Notes under the pieces: model-generated | What the model was told of the DNA's origin: nothing | The model's database searches: none | The model's input: only the letters and a program-made list of their open reading frames with translations | NCBI GenBank assembly: GCA_043228905.1 | Contig: JBHGNT010000140.1 | Span: 3,864-67,863, forward strand | Length of the DNA stretch: 64,000 nt | Reading direction: 5' to 3' | Source: Azolla caroliniana | Lineage: Eukaryota > Plantae > Polypodiophyta | Translations under genes and position numbers: made by a program | In this document: positions 49,381 to 64,000 of the stretch, one piece after another | Layout: each line of letters opens with the position of its first letter | How positions within the stretch are numbered: position 1 is the first letter of the stretch

Positions 49381-52325
49381 ATCTCCTTTTGTAATTCTGG
49401 AAATGTCTAAAATGTGAGGAACAAATCTGTTTTCCACATCTGTTGTAATAATTTTTGGGGCAGTTCTTTAATAGCTCACTGAGGAACAACTAAAGCAAAC
49501 ATCTCTTCGATTTCAGATATCGTGATCTGATGTTGTGAGTATTTTTTCCCTAAGATTTTGACTTAGTTTTCTAGCATTAGACCACTTTTTCTAAGTTCTA
49601 TTTTTTTCATTGAATGTAATTGCAATCAAGCTCCTTTGTTCTAACTCTTGGAGGATTCCTTTCACATAACTTTTTGAGGATACCGCTTGACTCTTGACTT
49701 CCTTTTACAGTATAGTTTGCACAAGGTATCATGGTATTCTTTGAGCCTAAGTTGTTTAAAAGTCCAATGACTTCACGTTGTAGATGGCAGCTATTAGTTT
49801 ATGATTCACCAGAGGTGATGAGCAAAAATCTTTCAGGTCTTTTTGTGCTTTTAATTTTGTGAAACATGTTTTAGTTTGAAAGCGCGATAGCGTGATTGTC
49901 ATGTGAAATCAGTGTCCTTGGATGTGTGTTCCCAGCTTTGATATCATGCAATCATTGGATTTGATATCAGATAGGTTTATATATCAACATGAGCTATAAA
50001 GTTAGCTTGAAATGATGGTATTTGAAAGATTATGTAAAAGAAATTATCTAATGAGATTGTTACTATAGAATAAAGCTTACATAATTCATGGAGAAACATT
50101 GTCACACTAGTAGCAGTATCCTGAATATTCATCATGTTAGTAGTGGTAGCGTATTTTTAGTTAGAGTTGATTATAAGTGAATTGTGTGTGATTTTGAAAA
50201 AGCTTTTAAAGATTGTTTTGCAGAAATTTCATTGAAGCTTTTGCTCAAGGAAATTCATAGATTTATGCATGTACGATGCTTATGCTTACTATTTATGTAT
50301 TTAATAGCTAACCTCAATATTTAACGGATGTTTGAAGGGGAAACAGAAATATCAATACTAAATTACTATTTCTACAACCTACATTACAGCTGAATATAAA
50401 AGTAGATATTTTAAGAGTGGTTTTTCTCTTTCTGCTTTTTATAGTAATATTTTTGGATAAATTGCACTGTGCACTTGTCTGTGTCCAGTTTGATTCCATC
50501 TAGTGTGAATGTCCCTCAACAATTGGTGGCTTCTTCAAAAGTTCCTCCCTCAACTCTTGGTGCAATTCAAGTGTTCTCCTCTCTAGTGAAGAGGGTGCTT
50601 TGCATTCGTCAAATTCATTGACAAACATTATGTGTGACTAGTTGGTGATTGTAAATGGAAGCTCCACATGTATCATGCCTATCCATGTGCTATTTTCATC
50701 AGTTATAAAGTTGGCCACATAAAGGTGTATGCTTGGACTCATGGCCATGGAAGATTTAGAGTTAAGTCTTGAGGATGTTAAATTTGCTTTGTTATCTACT
50801 TGGTTGTTAGGTACATTTTATCCACTAAGTGCAAATTGTGCATAATAAACCCTAAGACATAAAATAATTGCCTAGATTCTCCGTTCATGACCCAACATAA
50901 TAAGAAGGGATCATTGCAATAGTAAGCAATAGGTCAAGATGGCCATATGTTCCTTATGTGCCCAGTTCCAATCATCAACAACCCTATAGATGTAGGTATC
51001 TATGAGTGAACCCATTACTTCAGTTTAGATAGCTCTACATTTTTCAAAATTACCAATATGCCAGTTTATCCCTCCAACAAATGAAAACATCACATCACTA
51101 ACATAAGAAAATAAATAACCTAGGTATCTATGAGTGAACTCATGTTTGATCAACCATGTGGATAATTGACCTTGTGTCAAATCAATATAAAAGTATTTTG
51201 GATCGATAGTAATTTAGTAAACATATCAATTAAAACATCTCCTATTTATACACCTCAAAATCAATTAAGTCACTAGCATTTGATACTAATTATTCAAAAA
51301 GCTAACATTTGAAAATTTGTGAAAATACCTAGGCCAAAAAAACTCTCTACCCATATAATCTATCTATCATTGTTCTCACTAGTGTGAATTGTGTCTAGGT
51401 GATCATAGCTTAGCTAGCTTGTTTCATGATGAGCCATGAAGTTGAGCAACTATCAAGAAGATGTTGGAAAAGTGGTTAACAAGTGGATATTAGAATGAAT
51501 TAGTTACAAAACATTGAGCAAAAAAGGTCCTCTTATGCAGACAATCATTTAATAGGTGAGATTGAAAACCTTAATGTGTAGATAGAAAAACATTTCGCTT
51601 GTGCCTCTAGAATAAGTCACCATCATCATCACTCATCCTATTGTTGTTGATAATGATTAGGAACACTAATTGGTCTACATTGAGTAACCATATGGCAGGT
51701 CACAAACTAGGAGAATTTGCACCTATAAGAGGTTTCCAAGGACATGATAATAGTGACAACGGATCTTGCCAATTACAAAAGTGCTTGCTATAGATAATGA
51801 AAGAGGATCAATTGTAGGAGCACAAGTTTCAACAAAGTATTTTTGTATGTAAGCTACAAGATTGTTTTAGTCTTTCAAAAGCAAAGGAATCAAGTCTTAA
51901 AATATAGAAAAAGCTTGTTACGACAAAACTTCGAAAAAGTATTCGTATAAATATCAAAAGCTTTTTGTTTGTTTTCGAATTTTATCTAATGGCTTTGTTA
52001 TTTCCGAGCAGAAACAATTCTTTTAAATATGCGAATCATTTAAAAAAATAATTTCTTTATTTTTCATGGAATAACCCATGCCATTGTACATCCTAATAAA
52101 GGGTACCCAACATTATTCATGTTTGACAAAGAGTTTGGATGTCACTTTAGGAACCAAAATCAAAAGATTTAGAATTACAAATACTATAGTAGTCACGTGA
52201 GAGTCCTTAAAAACACATTTATTGGGTATTATATATGTAACATTTCTTAAACCTCCCCATTTATTAAATATTGCATAGCAATAAACATTACAAAAAGCAT
52301 AGACTTCTCATATAACACAACATGA

Positions 52326-55300
52326 TCAATTTTTATCAGAACTTAGAACTTGGGGAGTTGGAGTTGCACCTATTGAGTCACTAGAAAATGTCCTAGAGCT
52401 TTTCCATGTGTGATTATAGATATACCATTTTGCAAATATAAGGAATAACAAGAAGCTACAAAAACTAAACCCTGCAAGGAGTAAGTAAAAGTAATCCAAA
52501 CGACCATCATTTAGGTCATTTGCAAGCCAACCAAGGTTTCCATCATGTTTGGTTCGTCCATTAATACTACTAACTAGTGCACTACTAAAGAAAAATCCAA
52601 TTGAAAATGAACCAAGGCATAAGCCTGTGGTGAAACTTCTCATACCATATGGAGATTCCCTATAGAATAAGTCTAGTTGGCCAATGTAAATAAGCGCGTT
52701 TGCAACTCCAGTGAGTACATATTGGGGGACAAGATAGAAAACACTCATTGGGAGAGTTAATGTGGTATGTCCTAAGTTTTGAATATCATGTGCTACTATG
52801 AGTCTTTTCCTTTCAACTATTGATGCAATAACCATTGAAAGAATGGATAATATTAAGCCTATACCGATACGTTGAAGGCTTGTAATACCATACTCATTTC
52901 TTCTCCATGACCTAACAAATGGAATCAATACTCGATCATACAATGGGAGTGTAACTAGGACAGATACTTGCATGAATACGGTTAATGAGGCTGGAGGGAT
53001 CTCAAAGTTCCTTCCTATCTTTCGATTTAAAGTTACTCCTTGCTCAACAGAGAATGTAATCATTTGTGCATATGTTGTCCAAAACATTGTAGTGCTTGCA
53101 AGTATGGGTAACAATCGAAGAAACATTTTAACTTCTTCTATTTTGGTAATGGAAGAATGTGTCCATGGGCTTTGAATCATATTGAATGTCTTGTTTGTAG
53201 GTTCAGGTATAAGAGCAGCCTTGTCTAAACACCTGATGTCAAAAAAAAAGTCATACAAGTGAAATGCGTTATAAAATGGGTGTAAAAGAAAAGTATTTAA
53301 ATCCAAAATATGTTCCACATTTGCAAAACTTACTAAGTCTAAAACATTTATCATTTCATATATGTCGTGAAATAATTTTCCTATATTGACAATCGATGAC
53401 GAGAAATGAGTGGATGGGATGTCGTGGAAGTGAATTTTGTAGAATCAAATATTTATAACTTCTATAACATCTAATTTCAAAACACTTGAGCTCAATATTT
53501 TTAAGTAGCCCTTGTTTGTTTTTGTTTTTTTCCAAAAAATGTAGCCCTTGTTTTTAATTTGATTAAATATACGTAGCATGATAAAAAGTTTTGGGCACCT
53601 CACGTAACAAAAATCCTGATGCAATCTTTTAGTCTCTAGTTTCTATTATGTAGATATGAAATTCCATTTTTCGATACAAGAATGTATGTTCCCTTTTAAG
53701 ATTAATCCTCAAGTCGTGTTAAATTGAAACATGTTTTGTTTTGTTTGCCTCAAATTTTTATGTGATTTAATACGATCTAATGTTTGTTCAATTAATGGAA
53801 ACTTAGATGTCAAATATTTGCGCTTGATGGCATCAAATGATGCTTATCAAATTTCATACATTTGAAAGTTTTATGCATATTTTTTGGATATTCCATGATT
53901 AAAGAGAGTCTCATAGTGTATGAAATAAATTGATCATATTTTGTGTCTTTAAAGAGTTCATAAGAAGAATTTACATAGTCAAAAGTACTCGAGCTAGGTC
54001 GAATATCAAAGAGAAAACACAATCTTATTTATAATGTTGTAATCCTGAGGGAACCTTTTGCATATACAAATTTACAATGGATCTTTTTTTAAATATCAAT
54101 AAGCTGCCCACCATCTAATATCACATGTGAACACAAACTTGTTTTTCTCATGTCCTAGAAATTATGACTAAATTGTAAAAAATAAGAAATGGAGGGATAC
54201 TCACAAGAATTGATTTGTATGAAGAAGGCTTGGTTCACAAGAGAACTCGATTTTGTGTTCATTGGTCGAGGAACTTGGATGTGATGGGGAATCACAAACT
54301 CGTGACTCGCAATTGTGGTTATAGAAATGAGAGGTCTCATTTGGTATAAGGAAGTGACGGTTCCTCCAAGAAGCAACTAGAACTTGAGCAACTTGTGTGA
54401 GAGGACTACCTCTAGGTGGTCTAATACTATAAATTTTTGAGCCACCTATAAATAAGGCAAGAGAAATTCCCATGCAAGCAAGAGAAATGCCATACCCTAC
54501 TCCTCGCCCTTGATTGTCTTGCACATATACAAGTATTGTAACGGCCATTATAGATGCCACGGACAAAGTGACTCCAAACCAATTGAAATAGGATTGCATT
54601 TTTTGCCTTCCCTTTGGGCATCCATCCTCAAATTGATCGGCCCCTAGTCCTGATACATTGGACTTGATTCCACCAGTTCCAAGAGCTATCATATACAATC
54701 CTCCATATAATACCATTAATTGACGCGAACTTGCCGGTTCACATCGTGAACCATTTATGGTTAGTTCACATGGAGGTGGTCTTAAGCTTTCAAGAGATGC
54801 CGACAATACCATGAGGATTAATCCCTGACGATACAATCATTTTGAGTATATTCGCGCGAGGAAAATGATTCCATATGCCAACATCTTTCAAGAATAGTTA
54901 ATATAATGCATTGCTTTCTTTCACTTGAGTTATTATTGAGGTAAAATTTAACACTAATTAAATGACAAATACTTCTTGATGGAAATTTGAAAACAATGTT
55001 GCAAATAATTTGGCATGTTATACATACATGTCTTAACCATAATGTTTGCCAAAATTCCAGAGTTTGTTTTGTCATATATTATATAGAAACAAAAATCTAT
55101 TACACTACACATGCATATTACAAACCCTTGGTTGTAATATGGTGTGCTCAAGGTGGAAACATGCAAACAAATGTATGTGTGTGTATCATGTTTGATTGAT
55201 TTAAAGATAAAGGGAAATTTCTTATTGTGTTCAATGCAATAGAAATACAAATGGGTTGATTTTTTATTTTTTTATTTTTTTATTTTTTTATTTTTTTATT

Positions 55301-56316
55301 TTTTTTTTTTGGGGGGGGGGGATGGGTTGAATATATTACTTACAACAAATTGGATGCAAGATCCAACAATTATCGTTCTATAACGACCCAAGTACGTATC
55401 TGCAATGAACCCACCTAGTAAACAAGTGAGACAAGAGGCCCCCAAAAAATTGGTAACTACATTAGCCGAACTAGGGATCGTTTCATGCATTTGGTCATGT
55501 AAGTAGGTGACCAAGTTCAATGCTATCCCTAATGTTGCTAACCTCTCACATGCCTCCATACCTAGAAACAAAACACGTGCTCATATGTTAGAACTCTTTT
55601 GATGGTGCATATATAAAACAATGAGTAAACCTTGATAATGGATATGTCATAGCCATCAACAATTAAAATTAGTAGTTAATTTTACATGTTCATACTTGTG
55701 GTTTTGTGATGTTCTTTTCTAAGCTATGTTGAAATAGGAAGTGCTTATGGGGGCCCAACATATATTCCTTTCTATAGTTCTAAAGTAATTCCCATCTTCT
55801 TGTGCACCTTTGTTAAACATGAGCAATGTCCAAGAATTAGTGCCAAGGGATATATCTCATATGATATCATCTACATTGTGCGCATTATTAGAGGTCCATG
55901 TATGTGGACATATTTTCATTCAAACAAAATTTGGAAGTTCTTGTTGATAACACTTTGGTTTTGCGTATTAAGCATATAAAAGTTTAACATGTTGAAACCC
56001 TTAGTTGATCCTCATGTGAGGTTAGCTTAACTATGTGATTGTTAACGAAGTCTTCACACATAAATTACCCTAAAATATAGAAAATTGTGAGATCAACACT
56101 TGTCATAGTAGTTTCTGCCTAGTCATGCATGATGCCAAACGTAGGTGAAACAATAACTATGTCAATAGGAGCATAGCTTGGCTTTAACATCTATTGCAAA
56201 ATGACAAGAGAAGAAAATTTAATAATCAAGATTAGCACATAGACTACCCCCTAATTATGTAGATCATACGAATATTGTATGCATATGATCGTCAATTGCT
56301 TAAAGGCACACATCAA

Positions 56317-56364
<48 letters not shown>

Positions 56365-56808
56365 AGCCACCAATATGTATATGATCTAGGTCCAAGCCTA
56401 TGAAGGCAACAACTACTCAGGATAAGGTCTAGTATCAACACCCGATTCTATCTGTTGCAAAAAACATGCATAGACAAGGTGGTGAAACTTAACATTGGAA
56501 AAGCATATTGACATATGAACGATGATTATGTGGGGGGTTGGGGGGAAAGTGTGGGGTGAGAGATTAATTGGAGTGCTTATGTAATTGAAAACATAGTTAC
56601 ATGAGCAAATTTAATGATGATTGGAGAGTTCAGTTACTTCATGGTAAATGTAAATGAATGAATGAATGGAGAGGAAGTTAGGCTAACTTAGGATTAAGCA
56701 AGATGCCTTCCATCCTCCTTTGTTGATGTAGCGGGTGGAGTTGAGATCATTATTAACATGGTGAGAGCTAATTGCTTGATGATCAATTGCCTTCTCAAGA
56801 TCCATCAT
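52326..56808 (-). CDS. NRT1/PTR (NPF) transporter, NPF6/NRT1.1-like; exons 56808-56688, 55561-55344, 54824-54205, 53232-52326
   Basis: GGW..EACER (ExxER), GGFIADTYLGRYRT, ALGTGGIKSNVSGLGADQF, FNWF, PRGSPLT, CLDKAA, EIPPASL, LQRIGIG, RLDYFY; canonical splice sites keep the frame. Confidence 0.93.
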
Positions 56809-59800
56809 AGTCACACATATATTAATTAAAGTCTTTGGAACAAAGTTTAACTCTTGAGTTATATTTGTCTCTTCATGAGTTATATACATGAAGTTTCATT
56901 GCATGTGTGTGTGTGTGTGTATATTGTTATACACACACACACACATATATATGTATATATGAAAGCTCTTTGATGTGGTCACACATTGATATAACTTTGT
57001 CTTCATCTCACCACCTTTTCTTTTCCTTCTTTCGTTCCATTTTAACTTTGAGAAAAGTAATGTCATTAATTTATATCGATAACTAGCTCCTAGAAGAAAG
57101 TAAAGTGGAAAATGAACACCACAATTCATGAGAATCGATCATGGGTGGAAAGGACTTGGATTTGTTGATCCATGGGTATCAAATAATTGAATTTATCATT
57201 TTACTCCCATTACCATGTACATAAACATGTTCGGTTGTTTGTAGATACACACACTTGTTTTCTAGTAATATGCTAGGCATACATATATGCTCATACACAT
57301 TTGTTTTCTACCCTCAATTTGCAGCAAAAACCCACAAAGAATTTTGAAAAGGCAATGACATAAAAAGGTATCAAAAGAAGAGACATAGATGTGCAAGTCG
57401 GTGTCCTAGGAACATGTAAGCATACAAAGGATTTTTGTAGGGAGTTTTGAAAATGTCAATAAGGATCAAATGCAAGAGTGAGCAAATATCCGGTCATTGC
57501 GAGTGGATCACATCATCCAAAGAGCTTACTATAAACATGGGTAAGGTTGCAAATGGTTGTCATTCGTGGATGCCAAATCATTAAAACAATATTTGAAAAT
57601 AAAAAATAGAATCCTAATTGCAAACAATGTGTGACGTATTACGAGAACAACATTATTTACAACCTAGATTGTTAATTGTCATAGCAAAGTTTCATATGTT
57701 TGGTTTCTTCATAAAACATGGCATTGAATTTCCTTTTTAGAAATCACAATTTCATCTTACCCAACAACATGCAAGCTTATAGTTTCTCCTTCAAATATGG
57801 CTTTACAAATTTACTTCAGAGTGGATAGGACATGCTTACGTATTAACATTGGATTGATGTATTTCTATTCTAAGAGGCATGATTATAAATTGTATGTCCT
57901 CTAATAAGCCTTGAGCACATGTAGTAATTTTAATAAACCACATGCATTGGTTCATATTATAATGATAGAAATCTATTACTTAATTACCTCTATTCCAAGG
58001 TTCTTCGATAAGATGGGATTGATTCAATTATGCCCATGTCCACGGACCGCAAGCTCGATTGCAACTACGTGTGGTTCCTTTACAATGTTAAATATATGCA
58101 CTATAAGCGAGTTTCAATTTCGAACCTTGTGGTTGCTATGGAGAATCTTTAATTAAGAACATAAATGCGATGACATTAAGACCGGCGAGATAATAATGAA
58201 TATTTAACCAAGCGAGATCAATTTGAATATGCAATCAAAGGTACACAAGTTTAAATGTTGTTGCAACCACGAGACTTGCAATGCGATGTAGTTTGCCTCT
58301 TTTCGTTAGTGTCACGTGTTATTTTTGAGAGGTTTGTGGTACATTAACCCTCTAGTTGGTAAATGTCACTCATCCCCAACAAACATTCATAGGAAAGTTA
58401 TATATTTAGCTTGGGTATTACCTTTTCTCCATTGCTCAAACTCTAACATATGTATCTTATTTGAAGCTACCTATTAGTCACTAAAAGGATTTTGGAGCTT
58501 ACTAGCTCTTCTTATTTTAATTTATCTTGTAAGTCATAGACTGATTAGTTGGTAATAACTTATTTCATAATATAAAAGTGAAGGATGTTAATATAGTTTT
58601 TTATGAGTTGAAATTTGATATGTTGTTGTGGATAAACTTTTATGGAAATATGTTGTAGGAGTGACAATTGATGAACATACATAGCATAAACAACTCTATA
58701 GGAAACAAAATAGCATACACACACAATTTTGTTAGAGGAAGAAACGAGGATCGACTTAGAATGCTTTAAAAAACTTGAGATGTGAGATTGTAGTTTTCTA
58801 AAGGTTTAAAAACTTTATGAATAGTATCTTCAAGAACTTAGAATGCAATTGCTCATTCAAAGATTTATTTAATAAGAGCCAATAGAGAAAATGTGTAGGG
58901 GGGGGGGTCTTTTATCTTACATTCACTATGCATACTAGAAAATGGAAGACAATCTATTGTATGTATGGAATAGATTATGTCTATCTACCAAATGTTGAAT
59001 TATTGGCTATGCATGCATAAATATTCTGAAATGTGACATATGATCTAAGAAGGTATATTGTTTGTTAGGGTCCTTCACCACTCACAACCATTGGCTAGAG
59101 AAATGAATACTTGCCAACTAAGATGAAATGTTGGTAGTACATGGTACAAACGCATTTGAAATAATGCAAAAGATTTTGTTTACAAAGCATCTTAAGAGAA
59201 TTGCATGCATAAATATTCTGAAAAAAAGAAAGATATATGGTCAAAGAAGGTGCATCATTTCTTAGGGTCATTTGACAATCACTTAGAAAACTGGCTGAGA
59301 ATTTAAAGGTTCCTTTTGTCACCCTTATGTCTTGAGAAATGGTATGCACAATACTTCCCAACTAAAATAAAATGCTGGTAGTACTTGATACAAACACGTC
59401 TAAAATAATGCAGAAGGAATTTTATTCACAACACAACTCAAGGGAATTACTCAACTTGGTATATTCATAATAATAGACCCACTTTATTAATGGGGCTTTC
59501 CACTTCTCTTCACCCATGTACCATAATGCCCAGATTATTCAATCACCTTGAAGCCATATCAATTGTAAAAAGTTTGGGGGTCATACATTATGCTTCTTAT
59601 TGCAAATGTTTGTTGATGTCCTATGATTAGACAAGTGTCAAACCATTTTCATTGCACACATGATCAAAGAAAAATGTCTTTCATTGTGAGTTTGTGAAAT
59701 ATTTTATCATTTGGGAGGCCATAAATATTTGGCAATATACCGCTTGAGGAAATATCATGCACTTCTAATACCTTCAATGTATAAGTGCACTACACTTGAT

Positions 59801-61706
59801 TACTCAATTTCATTCAAGTTACAAGAACGTGGCAGCCAATAGGGTTGCTCCAAAGATTTTCGTTGGCTATTCTTACCCCTTGTTGCATAGTTAATTTGGT
59901 AAATATAAGAAATCATGCCGTATTAAAGGGCATTGAACCTGGTGAATGGAACTCTATCTCAACAAAATAAATAGTAATTTTTGAAAAGAACCCACTAAAT
60001 CATAAACAATTGATTTGGGGAACTTGGCAAATGGAACTCTATCTCTATAGATAAAGTTTTTTTTTTGGGAAAAAAACCACTAAATCATAAACAATTAATT
60101 TGTCGAAAAGTCACAATCGATAGCAAATAAATGAATGTTAGCACCATAAGTGCAAGGCATGAATTTTAAATTGTTGTTGTCTTGTTAGGAAGAATGAAAT
60201 CAACCTAACCCTATGCATCGTATTCTATATATGATCTATCAATGAAATAAAAACAAAGATGCTTACATGATTATGCATACCTATGCGTCGTGACACTTAG
60301 TGCAATTTTAGGTGTGAACACCTTTTGTATAGATAGGAAATGCTTTAGAAATAAGGCTATACTTTTCACGCTCAATGAAAATATTGTTATATTAGTATAA
60401 GATGGATCAACACTTAAGAGTAAAGTTTATTCATTGGACATAAAATCGATAATCTCTAAGACCCCATTCATGAGAGAAATAATGGAATATTTTCTTTAAA
60501 GTCACATCGATTATTGCCTCTTTTTGGAACACTGCACAATCTTGACTTTGATGATGGGACAAAGTCCATTAGCTCAAGATCCTTAAGGAGCAGTGCTATT
60601 TGACTCAAGGTATGAATATAAAGATACGATAAAAAATACTAAATCCAAGTTCAATTCATGTTTGAAAATGCGCACTTTATAAAAATGGGCCCTAGTACAT
60701 ATGAAACATATTCAATATTAATGTACAATTATCTTCAAAATAAAAAATACAAACTATGTCATTGAGATAAACATACTAGTCATATGGGATTTGATAGTTG
60801 GGTCTAATGTGTTAAAGTCATTTACATATTCATTAATTAAAGTCATTTGAAGAGGGGGAATTATTATTCTTGAATCTTACAGAATTACCATGTTAAGTAT
60901 ATCTAGTCTTATTCATTTCACCTTGAAACGAGACACCAAGCATATATTGCCCAAACCTCCCCACTTCAACGCATTTAGGTAAAGTCATAGGTGAAGGGGA
61001 GTAGGGTATGAATTATCATTAGCAGTCATAACAATTGGGCACATGTGTCTCCTGGTAAGGTGTAGAGTCAAATCATGAACACTAAATGAGACAACCATTT
61101 TGTCGCCAAATGGTGTAGGAATCTTTTGTTATTCTCATTCCGTAGTTGTTTGAATTATATTAAATAGTGAAGTGTTTGGGTGATAATATATGTTATGTAA
61201 TTACTTGATTCATTGCAAGCAGCTTGGAATGTCCAAATGTTTACATGGGCCACCCCATAACAAAAAAAGCTTGGTTTCTACATGACACTTTTAATTATGT
61301 ATGTGAAATACTGGAAGTCTCACATCTAGCCTATGAACGCATATTAAAAATTGCATTTACTGAAGCAAAGCTAAAACTGTGAAACAATGTATTAATGAAC
61401 ACATAAAGTGTATTCAAAAACATAAACATTATATTAGCTTCATGAGCAATACGTTGCCTAATTCTTTATTGTCAACATGTAAACACAATGTTGTTTCTCC
61501 AAGACATCGTATGGGTGTATAAATGGTTTAGTGGACCAAATACTTTTGACATGAAATTGGTGTGTAACTCTCGCGAAGGACACATTGATGAGTTGTCTAC
61601 TTATGTTAATACCCACATATGGTCAAGCTACCATTCAAATATGGCCATAATTATACCCAAATATGATCACACTTTGTGTATACATATTATCCTATGATAA
61701 ATTCAA

Positions 61707-61989
61707 GGGAAAAGTACCAGGATACCCATGGAAGTTCGTCTATTTACCAGAATGCCCCTAGAAGTTCCAAATTTACCAAACTACCCCTATGTCCAAAAAA
61801 ATACACTTTATAAAGTAATTATACACTCAAATCTTTGGTAAATAGGGCTAGTTCGGGTCCATTTCTTCCATCTTTGGCAAATAGGGCTTGTAGATTTGAG
61901 TGTATAATTACTTTATAAAGTGTATTTTTTTGGACATAGGGTTAATTTGGTAAATTTGGAACTTCCAGGGGTATCCTGGTACTTTTCCC
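61707..61989. mobile_element. Mutator-type MITE (283 bp)
   Basis: GGGAAAAGTACCAGGATACCC...GGGTATCCTGGTACTTTTCCC with ~100-bp inverted arms; perfect 9-bp TSD TAAATTCAA at 61698-61706 and 61990-61998. Confidence 0.93.
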
Positions 61990-62149
61990 TAAATTCAATG
62001 ATACGGGGATATGACATATCATTAGAAAAAATGCAATGGAGATTCATTTTAGTGTGTTATTCACATTCGAACTTACAAATTCCAAGAAGAAATACAATTG
62101 GATGAACTCTTACGTGAAACATGCTCTAAATTATATGTTTGTCACACTC

Positions 62150-63990
62150 CATTCAGTATGCAAGGAGCCTACAACCTCCTGAGGCACCTTGGAAAGTTCT
62201 ATGGCAACGTAGATGGAAGATGTGGTTGCTGAGACAAGGTGGACGTTGGCCAAGCAACCCATTTTGGGGCTTTGTGCCATAAATGAGACCCAAATATTGG
62301 GGAAGTATGCAAAGTCTTTGTGCTATTGGAATTATGAAAGCATGGCAAGAAATCAGAAAGGGGATCACATGTAAGTGGAGAAATGATGCATATGCGCGGA
62401 TGTGCATGCCAATTGTGTGGAAACCATTGATTAGAGATGTGGATGGGTTGATGATAGGACAAAAAGCCAGTTTCAAATGGGCTGAGTTAATCAATGCCCA
62501 AGGGAATGCATTAGTGGAGTGGGAGAGGTTTTTGTCCAATGAGGTGGGCACTCAAAAGGCTAGAATATGGAGAATAAGCAGGGGTAAAGGCATGCTCAAG
62601 AGAATTACAGATGTTATTGCATGCTATAGGAATACCTTGGAAGAGGAAGAAGTAACAACCTCTGAAATTGCGTGGACAGGACTTATAGATGCTGAAAACT
62701 GTTTTAATTGGCATTGAGGGAATGAAAGTAGAATCAAATGAGGTATGCTACTACAAACTAGAGCACGGAATGGTAAGAGTTGAGCAATCAGCCTTTCAAA
62801 GAGAAAGGCCAATTAGGCCGATTGCAAAAAATGGCAAGAATATGATTATTGACCCTAAGCCAAGGGAGATCACACCGGCGACAATGTGTTGGCATGTAGA
62901 AGGGCATTTGGATCAATTATCATGGGACCCAACGATGTATTTTTGGAGAACACAAGGACAAACTGATGGGGAAAAGTTGGTTCAATTTTTCAGGTATAAC
63001 ACGAGGATTGGGAGGCAAATTATTCTAGAACAAGAACACGACAAGATTGCGGCAAAGAAATTTTGGATACAGGAGGGCATTAGTGAAATGAGACTAGATA
63101 AATTCTGGAAAATGATATGGCATGATAGATATGACCGCAAGATAATGACGTGCTTATTGGCTTATTGCACATAGAGCCTTGTCGGTAGGGACGTGGGGTA
63201 AAGGCCCCAATGTAGACCCTAGATGTATTGCATGTGGATAGATATAAAGCATTTCCCATTGTCTATGGGAATGTCGTGAGGCAGTGGCTATATGGTGAAG
63301 GGCACTACGTTTGCTTTGCCATGCCTCTAGTTTGTTCACCCTCGACTGGGGACATGCTTGTTGGATTTGTCTTGAGGATGATGTGGCGAAATACGATATC
63401 ACATGCAATGCTAAGTACAGATGGGAGAATGACATTGTTCGGCTGATCACTAACAACAGGGTACCTACAGCTCGTGCACAGAATCAAACTTAGAGATCTT
63501 TGGACGTTGCTTGCCCCCATTACTATATGGTGTATATGGACATCAAGGTGTACCAGGGTATTTTCAACACACAAACGCTCTCCAGGTGAATCGATTAAGC
63601 TTATCTGGCACACATTAATAACTACACTAAGAGCTCAATATGAGCGGATTGATGGTACTGATGATGCTGCAGAACTAATGAGGTTGAATTTTCAAAAGCG
63701 ATGGTGTACTACACCGATGGCTGCAGCAAATGGAATGGATATACTATGGAAGTGTGAAATACCCAGATGGTTGTTCTCCCCTCCCAATAGTTGAACGAGG
63801 GGCGTGAAAGACATGGCATGTGGGATAGTGAATGTCGGTGAAGTGTATGAAAGGATGGCTAGAGACATATGTGAAAGTGTAAGATAAATAAGCGAGATCT
63901 CTTATGCAGGATAGGATAGTCTTGGCATGGCCTACTCGAGAAAGGGATCGAGTTTGTGTATATTTTAACTAATGGTGTATACTCTTTTTT
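62150..63990 (+). mobile_element. 5'-truncated L1-clade LINE remnant (post-RT and zf-RVT region)
   Basis: Trp-rich ORF pieces; KFWKMIW..LIAHRAL..CIAC..SISHCLWEC knuckle and IWCIWTSRC motif; frameshifts; boundaries approximate. Confidence 0.8.
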
Positions 63991-64000
63991 CCCCCTTCTT

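Noticed and set aside
56318-56361. (GT)n and other simple repeats (also 32948-32976)
   Set aside because: Common microsatellites with no added signal

Overview
Land-plant nuclear DNA: spliceosomal introns, plant gene families and heavy C-to-T decay. A non-seed plant such as a fern or lycophyte is plausible but not provable from this window. The first ~29 kb is a nested transposon stack. It holds three degenerate non-chromovirus Ty3/gypsy LTR retrotransposons, one with a tRNA-Trp primer binding site and a gag-PR / -1 frameshift / RT-RH-INT layout. A 5.2-kb hAT transposon with intact TIRs and an 8-bp TSD sits inside the first LTR and carries captured VTI1 SNARE and MAP-kinase exons. The stack continues with a 1.4-kb foldback element, a Copia remnant, an orphan LTR, and an L1 and an RTE/RTEX-like LINE joined tail-to-tail at a (GA)n tract. 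The rest is gene space: an F-box/kelch gene (At1g55270/SAGL1-like), a conserved small Cys-motif protein gene, a U6 snRNA fragment in a divergent promoter, NAA25 (~19 exons), an NPF6/NRT1.1-type transporter, a Mutator-type MITE and another L1 remnant. The top observations are the gene-capturing, transposase-encoding hAT element (a MAPK exon nested inside a VTI1 exon) and a complete slippery-site plus pseudoknot -1 frameshift signal placed after the protease. All family assignments come from motif recognition by eye, not from database searches.
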